Shown here: positions 56,910-64,000 of the stretch, one piece after another
Layout: each line of letters starts with the position of its first letter
Numbering within the stretch: the stretch's first letter is position 1
From: Phoronis australis
Lineage: Eukaryota; Animalia; Phoronida
Direction: 5' to 3'
DNA length: 64,000 nt
Assembly: GCA_002633005.1 (NCBI GenBank)
Contig: NMRA01000802.1
Location: 1-64,000 of the forward strand
The notes under the pieces: model-generated
Told to the model about the DNA's origin: nothing
Seen by the model: only the letters and a program-made list of their open reading frames with translations
Databases searched by the model: none
Position numbers and translations under genes: made by a program

Positions 56910-58132
56910 GTAACAGTTCAAGTAGCAGTTGTGGTACAGTTACACCTTTTGCTACGCACTTCTGATGCTTCAGTGTGTAACCGTCCACCTGACGTGAACC
57001 TGTGACTTGTTCTTCAACAAAACGAACCATTTCATCAAAATCAGAAGTATTTTTACGGCTCAGATGTCCATAAGTCGCCAAAAAACACACGTCGCAATTG
57101 CCTCACGCTCAGTGACACCCTAAAACGACGCATGAGAACCTTTATTCATTTCATTTTAAGTCAGTCCTATCTTCAATAAATCGACGATTTGCATTTTTCG
57201 GTCCACCATTTTAATTTGAAACCAAGTTAGCAACCACGACATCGCAACTCTATCGATAGAGTTAATAAGTCTATTGATAGAGTTAATTAGTCTATCGATA
57301 GAGATAGTAAGTCTATCGATAGAGATAATAAGTCAATCGACAGAGTTAATAAGTCTATCGATAGAGTTAATAAGTCTATCGATAGAGATAATAAGTATAT
57401 CGATAGAGTTAAAAAGTCTATCGATAGAGTTAAAAAGTCTATCGATAGAGTTAATTAGTCTATCAATAGAGATACTGTAGTAAGTCTATCGATAGAGATA
57501 ATAAGTATATCGATAGAGTTAAAAAGTCTATCGATAGAGATAATAAGTATATCGATAGAGTTAAAAAGTCTATCGTTAGAGATAATAAGTCTATGGATAG
57601 AGTTAAAAAGTCTATCGATAGAGATAATAAGTCTATCTTCCTCACTCGAAAGCAGAATCCGATACTTTGTCACCATTGCTGGAATTAATATCATGTTCAC
57701 ATTCAAAACTTTGGTCATTGGAATTATGTATTTGATCCCAAAGTTCCTATGAGGTCTCTGCGTTGACGCCGGTACAAAGTTGAACACTCATCAAGAGTAT
57801 CAAAATGTGTTTCTGCAGCAGATAAAATCATTTTCTGTTCACCTACACTGTAAATGTAAAAACGAACCGTACTACGTGCTACCAACACTAGAGTCAAAGT
57901 AGGCGCTTTTATCATTCTAGTGCCTGTGTTGTACGTTCTGTGTTATTTTGTGTTTTGCCAGGTTCTCTTATCTGTGCATGGAATGACACCATGATACGCT
58001 GTAGCCCTCGGCATATACTGTACTATAGCGCTGCGGCGAATATGGGTCAAGTGTATGTTACATCAGACACCTGCACTGAATGGTAATCGAGGCCAAGCAT
58101 CAAATCTAACAGTGGGTGTCTGTTGACAAGAA

Positions 58133-58279
58133 ATGAAAATCACAAGAATAAGTGTTCACCAAGTCGACCTTACTCTTAAAGAGACCACGTACAAGTGGTC
58201 AGATAACAAAGGCGTTTCAGGATTCGATTCCACCGTTGTGAGAGTCGATACTGACGACGGTGTAACTGGGTTTGGTGAG
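58133..58279 (+). CDS. Enolase-superfamily (mandelate racemase/MLE) enzyme, cis-3-hydroxy-L-proline dehydratase-like, coding exon 1
   Basis: MKITRISVHQVDLTLKETTYKWSDNKGVSGFDSTVVRVDTDDGVTGFGE is a typical MR/MLE N-terminal capping domain. An in-frame TGA at 58124 fixes the start codon. Donor GAG|gtgagt (phase 0). An acceptor ttttgccag| at 57961 suggests an upstream 5'UTR exon. Confidence 0.9.
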
Positions 58280-60277
58280 GTGAGTAACCACAAGTAACAA
58301 GCTTCTGGCATTATGAATAAACAGGACTATATGACAAGAACAATGTTACATTATTAGGCAAATTGACGTCTAGGTAGAGTCCTGGACAGTTCCACCGGAT
58401 CCATGTTTCCAATTGCCCTGGTTCTCGTTCCACCAATGTCGCGGACTGAGCTGAGTTCAAAGTCCTGATCCAGTATATTACGACACACTGTAGACATACA
58501 TGTGACACAGCTATTAACGCGAGACCATCATGTGAGGATCCGAACATTCCGTATTCACCCAACTTTGACTTCATGTCCACTATCAGGTATGACGTCACTT
58601 TCTCTTGCAGAATCCACACACCAGCTCTTGGCTGACCGTCTCTGACACAATAACCTACATGTAATGATCAGAGCGGCGTAGAATATCCCACGAAACAGTA
58701 GGCCTAGTCCGCTTATCGATCTTAACCGAGTTTGGCCATGCGCTTAGAATTCATAAGTTTTTTTGGGCAGATTATTTAAAATACTTCACCCTGACTGTTC
58801 ACGTGGCGGATCACGTATGTTCTAAGTATGTCTTACTTGAGCGTTTTTTGTCTAGTAAAAGAAACAGTTTCAAATGTAGCGACAAGTTACATGAAAAGAG
58901 ATAACACAGTTGAAAACACCGGTATTTGTACATTGAACTTGTAAGTGAACATAATCTAATTAACAATATCAAAAATTCAACATTGTTTGTTATTAACCAG
59001 AAATCGGAGCCAGAGTTGAGGTATAAGTGTCATATAATGCCAACAATTTAGTGTAGGGCCTACTATAGGTGTTTTGTTTGGGACCTGATTGCATGTTGAG
59101 AGTTATTAAAACTGATGCAGTTTTATTACTTTGCAAACCACTTTCAGAACGTTTGATGATCAAACCGGCTATGGCGAGCCGACATTGACTATCATATGTA
59201 CCTTTTGAACTTGATGTCGGAGGGAACTGTTGAAGTAGTCCCGTAATTGCAATACGGAAAACAATATCGTATGGCCGTAGGCGACTTATGCACATGACGG
59301 CGTTTTTCCGTTCAGTGACTTATCAGACGTAGAGGGTTCTGAGCGTGGGATAATATCAGCTTCTTTGACAACTGCCAAGCACAGTCTTTTGTCAAGTATG
59401 AAAACGGGCAGGCCAATTATCTACATGTACCAGACCACGTGCGAACAGTCAAACCCAGAGCGAATTGGTACATTCGTAAAAATAGATTGTCGTAATTTCG
59501 GTTGTAGTTGGGCGATTTTGGCAATTCAAAAACTAAACTTGGTCACCATCTGACGAGGATTTCAGAAATTCTTTTAGTTTATGTTCAAATATGTTATAAC
59601 TTAATTTTTATATTTAGCAGCACAGGCGGCCAGTCAGGCGAGAGATTAGAGCAATTATCGAACAAAAGAGATCTGGCACTCCAACCATGAATGCCAGAAT
59701 GGAGTTAATCAGTCGCAGTCGTGTAAGATATTGGCTACAGGGGTGTTCATCCCAGTTTGTTGTTGGGCTATAAAATCGAACAAGTAAGGAGCAACGGGAA
59801 AACGCCGTAATGCAATTCGTGTACGAGTACGATAATGTTAGCCTGCATCGCTGCAGACTACTGTAATGGCCACTGGCAATAACTGTGCAACAATTCATCC
59901 TCTAGCGTTACAGTATGTCAGCTATACTGCACACTTACTACTGTGGTACCCCGATTGTTTGTAAGAAATAATTTCACTGTTCAACACTAAAACACCGTGC
60001 ACTGCCTGTGGTATGTTCACAAACAAATACACCAAATATAAATAAATGTTTAACCGTCACCCTAATTAGTTTGCAAGGCGCCGGAGATTTCAAACTGACA
60101 GCATTTGGAGATTCACGAGATTGCAATCTTAGATAACGAATTATTATGTATAATAATGATTGATAATTAATATCTGTTACTTAGACTAGGTATGGTTGAG
60201 CACCAAATTGTTTGAGTAATTTTACTAAAATTAAAAAGAAAACAATGACTGATTTTGCCAAGTTGTTCCTCTGATAG

Positions 60278-60475
60278 ATATGTCCGTTAGGGGCCTACTA
60301 CTTGCCTTCGTACGCGGCGGGCGTGCGAACTGGCATCAAAGAACTCGGCCCGAACTTGATCGGCGAAGACCCGTGTCAGCTAGGAGTACTGAATGCCAAG
60401 ATGGACTATTGGTTGAAAGGACATCCTTATGTCAAGTCTCCGATTGACATGGCATGCTGGGATATTCTTGGAAAG
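60278..60475 (+). CDS. c3LHyp-dehydratase-like enzyme, coding exon 2
   Basis: Boundaries tag|ATA...AAG|gtactt, 66 codons: [66 protein letters not shown], which contains the MR/MLE signature A/S-x-I-D-x-A-x-W-D-x-x-G-K. Confidence 0.93.
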
Positions 60476-61323
60476 GTACTTACAATAGCTCCTTAGCGGT
60501 CTTGAAGTCGGATTTAAGTTTCTTTTTAGCCGTGTACAACTTCAACCACCACAACTAACCCACAATCCAAATTCCGTATGTTTTGGAATTTGCGCAAGTA
60601 GGAGGCTGAAAACAACCTGAGAAAGATATGTGTTTGATATAGAGCAACATGGAAGACAAAATACAATGATTGACAATTTGATTTCAGTTTTGTACAGCAT
60701 CGCGTGAAGTTTACGGTAATAAAATTCAATGCATTGCTGGTAATGCTCTTTTTCTCTTTATATCGTTAGACATCTTCAGTAAATTTACCTGAAATTTATC
60801 ATCACGTGACAAAATCGTCAACTGAACCTCTTTTGGTAACATTTACTTAAATATTTCACCCGATGTTCTTGCGGAGACGGTGATACTGCTGTTCCCCCCA
60901 AGCCGTGGGTGAATTGAAACATGAAACCTCGGGGCAGTATTGACCATGTTACTAGAAGATTTTGATTTATAACTTTTTCGCATCAAGTCCTTTATTTGAA
61001 AGATTATTAGCGCCCATCAGCTGGAATTTGTCTTTAGTTGTCAGAAATCTGACACTGTTCAGTTTGAAATCCTTAGTTCATCCGAGTTTGTCAACCAATT
61101 GATACTCCTAAAAATAAGCCACCGAATGTACCAATCGACCCATGTGTCTAACAACTCGCCTGTGGAGCCCCCCTCCACCTGGCCCGGACCGGCTTCCTCT
61201 CCATCCCGCTCCTCGTCTACCCTCTTACTTACAGTACATGTACGCTGTACTCTTCAACAGAAAGAAAATATAAAACACACGTTACTACATTTAACTCTAA
61301 AAGACATCTTCTCTTCACTTAAG

Positions 61324-61467
61324 GTTACTGGACTTTCGGTCTGCACCTTGCTGGGAGGTCGTTATGGTGACAACGTACGTCTCTACAGAGCAATTAGTCA
61401 AGACAGTCCTTCGAATATGGCAGCCAGCGTGGCTAAATATAAAGGTGAAGGATACACCATGTTTCAG
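61324..61467 (+). CDS. c3LHyp-dehydratase-like enzyme, coding exon 3
   Basis: Boundaries cttcacttaag|GTT...CAG|gtaaaa, 48 codons: VTGLSVCTLLGGRYGDNVRLYRAISQDSPSNMAASVAKYKGEGYTMFQ. Confidence 0.92.
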
Positions 61468-62232
61468 GTAAAACTATCTTGATATCCTGAAAACAACTGT
61501 AACCCACCTAAATCTTTGTGATAATCGACAGAATTAAATAAAAATCGTTGGGCTTTTTCACGAAATGTATAACACACGTCCACCTTTGATGTCACGCTCT
61601 TTTGACACAATATTCGTTATTTTCCGCATGACGTTATAATGTAGATCTTGACAATTTTTTGGCACCAAGTTGGACTTTCGTCTTTTCTAACGGAATATCA
61701 AGGAACCGAAACCGTTTTTCAATAGCATATAATCTTACAGGCGTACTGTGTATGTTCACCACTTTTGGCAATTACTTCGTCAAACGATAATCCTAAACAT
61801 TGAACGCTTGTATACATGTACGTATGCATTATTATTAAGGTATAGACTGTAGTTAATCGGAAACAAAAGTGTCCTGTCCGAAGCAAGCTGCGACAGAAAC
61901 AGTTTGGCGTGTCACTTGGTGTAGGTGAATGGTGCTGAGTTCTGGAATTGTCCAGGTTTTTAAAAGTACACCTAAACTTTAAAATGTTGGTCGAAGAACA
62001 CCAACTTGTCATTTTCATTGTAAACGGAGTTCAGGAGCCAGGTCGCTGTCCATAACAAAGGACAACTTTATGAAGATCTAAGTGTGCCTATACTGAAAGT
62101 ACTGGTTCGATTATTTTATTTCCTAATCTTACCGCAGGCATCTTGGACAATAAACGTCATATAATGTTCTTTTCATTAATTGCTGCATGAGAAGTGACAT
62201 GACGGTGAACTCATAGCAAATCTCAATTTCAG

Positions 62233-62349
62233 TTAAAAGCTGGTGGTAATCCTGATGACGACATGGAGCGTATACGATGTGTTCGCCAAGTATTGGAACC
62301 CTCCGACACATTAGTCGTCGACGCAAACACGGGCTGGTTACCGCATCAG
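62233..62349 (+). CDS. c3LHyp-dehydratase-like enzyme, coding exon 4 (catalytic Lys and first Mg ligand); gene continues beyond the window
   Basis: Boundaries tttcag|TTA...CAG|gtacag, 39 codons: LKAGGNPDDDMERIRCVRQVLEPSDTLVVDANTGWLPHQ. It completes the (F)Q-L-K motif and contains DANTG. Confidence 0.92.
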
Positions 62350-64000
62350 GTACAGCAGCAATAGTCGTTTTTCTCACGTAATTAACCGCGACAATGTTGT
62401 GCTTGATTTGAACGCACGATGGCAGCAAAAATGTTTCCGTCACTTATTGGCGCTGCAAGCTATTGTAAAAATACTTATTGTTTGACCACCAGTCCCGCGT
62501 CCTAATTCTCAGTACCGCTTGGCTGTCTAAAGGGATAACGGAATTAGTACGGTTGGCTCTTTCTCGACTATTGCGAAAGGTAATTTAGACCGGTTTAAAT
62601 TTGATACGCAGTACGCTCGAAAAGGCCAGACCAGCGAACGTACCAAAGTTTCTATTACACAAGCGCAATGCAAAAGCTAGGTTTTGTTCGGACTATTTTT
62701 CTCGACCGTCTAAACTTTTCTCCCCAATTCCAATTCACGCGAGTGCGGAATTCTTCCCGCCAAGGTATTAGCCAGGATATTGCTATTGCCCGTTTAAAAA
62801 TCGGTGATTTGTCATATGATTTGCGAGGCACGTACATGTACATGTAGTGCCGAGTGGGGGGGGGGGGGTCGGGAGTTGGAAACCCTCTCTCGACTAGGAA
62901 ACTTTTAATTTTCTGCTTATTTGATAATTTTTGTTGTTGGTATGTTTTGGTGAACGGAACAGTCTAAAATTGCCTCTTAACTGCGTTTCCGACGTTTTTT
63001 CAATGCATGCAGTGCGCAAGTAGGTCAAGAGTTTACAGCCTTCACAAATACTCTCTTCACATCGAATTCGTCGACGTAGAAAAGGCCGCTTTTGTGCAGG
63101 GGTCGACGGTTGGTCGACGGCCCGACACTGAGCAGTTAACTCTTCGGCACTCGGACAAGTGAAAGTTCAAGTTACTTGCCTGACCAGCAACTTGAATTGG
63201 AAATTTTACGCCCTTTGAACGTAATTTTTCGATTATTGGAAGAGCTCACGTATATGCTGGTAGCAGTTCAGTTGGTGAGTGACTTGCAAAATCTTGCTTT
63301 TGATCAAGACACTTGGGTTACCGCACGCTCACTGGGGCGACGTTCTTGCTGTTGCTGTAAACAGATGACAATTTTAAAGTTAACCATGTCTCAAAATAAG
63401 AATAGAAGTGGCAATTGGTAGCCTGACCCCTAATGCGGTCCCGCGTTGCTACTTTTTATGCACGATGAATTTTAAAGGTTAGGACGGTGGAATGTTATTC
63501 CTGACAAGTGAAGAAGGTGACAATTTGGTACGGTAGGTTATTACGCTGCTCTAAAACATGTACCGACCACAAACCAATCCGGACTATCTCCAATGCCAAA
63601 GCAGCGTAAAATTTGGATTATCATCTATTCACATTGCCAGTCCAATGTATAGCCTACATGCAGGCTAGCGGGAGAAGGGAGACTGTGGTCTTTCACGTTA
63701 GGACGGTAGGTCTCTATGTACAGTATGTCTAGGATTTTCTAATGCACGCAGATTTTTTGTTCATCTCAAACGAAAGATGAATCGTAAATCACCAACGGTA
63801 TCTCTAAGGAAAGTGACGATTGTAAACCGGTGATGGCGGCTAAGAATTAAAACTAGGATATTAATTGGCGAAGTGGCTGAGCAACCTTCTGAGAAGTGTT
63901 TATTGTCGAATAGCCTGCACCGAGGAGGTGGTAAGCGATTCTTGATCACCCTTTCCACCAAAATTTTTACGTACCAACCATTCCGAGTTCATAGACCACG

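Larger units (their letters stand above)
54045..57637 (-). mobile_element. IS3EU-like DNA transposon relic bounded by inverted 21-bp tandem arrays
   Basis: Left arrays (AACTCTATCGATAGACTTATT)n at 54045-54349 and 54600-54765; the reverse-complement array is at 57247-57637. The - strand relic from ATG 57209 reads MVDRKMQIVDLLKIGLT..SLSVRQLRR..LSRKNTSDFDEMVRFVEEQVTGS..GYTLKHQKC..V....LL..L.P.AV, resembling the N-terminus of integrase-core transposases of this type. Confidence 0.6.

Noticed and set aside
54045-57637. CRISPR array
   Set aside because: The units are contiguous 21-mers with no unique spacers, there are no cas genes, and the context is eukaryotic.
57274-57787. SIELISL/SIDRL-repeat ORFs
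   Set aside because: They are translations of the 21-bp tandem array.
58124-58126. In-frame TGA upstream of the ATG as selenocysteine or an N-terminal extension
   Set aside because: Family members start at MKI, so the upstream sequence is best read as 5'UTR. There is no SECIS evidence.
63840-63950. 'EVAEQPSEKCL' as exon 5 (EQP motif) of the dehydratase-like gene
   Set aside because: The flanking residues do not fit the expected (D)VYIEQPC..YEEC context and there is no suitable acceptor. The true exon is probably beyond the window.

Overview
AT-rich (roughly 37-39% GC by eye), repeat-dense eukaryotic DNA with GT-AG introns, most likely from a marine invertebrate (inference). Two host genes are supported, arranged head-to-head. 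(1) On the - strand, a secreted IGFBP N-terminal-domain gene: exon 1 at 45953-45600, probable exon 2 at 44676-44580, and a candidate terminal exon at 42517-42495. No thyroglobulin or Kazal domain was found. (2) On the + strand, a spliced gene (four coding exons, 58133-62349, continuing past the window) for a bacterial-type enolase-superfamily enzyme resembling cis-3-hydroxy-L-proline dehydratase, with all visible coding introns in phase 0. The rest is mostly transposon debris: a 7.7-kb CACTA/EnSpm (CMC) element whose transposase is split by a 5'-truncated LINE with an 8-bp TSD, a full-length dead mariner, an IS3EU-like element with inverted 21-bp tandem arrays, a MULE-like element with a 9-bp TSD, several MITEs, tRNA-derived SINE heads and (CA)n microsatellites. 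TACATGTA octamers are strongly over-represented and may be Tc1/mariner excision footprints. Most short ORFs in the supplied track look spurious. All identifications come from reading by eye; no searches were run.
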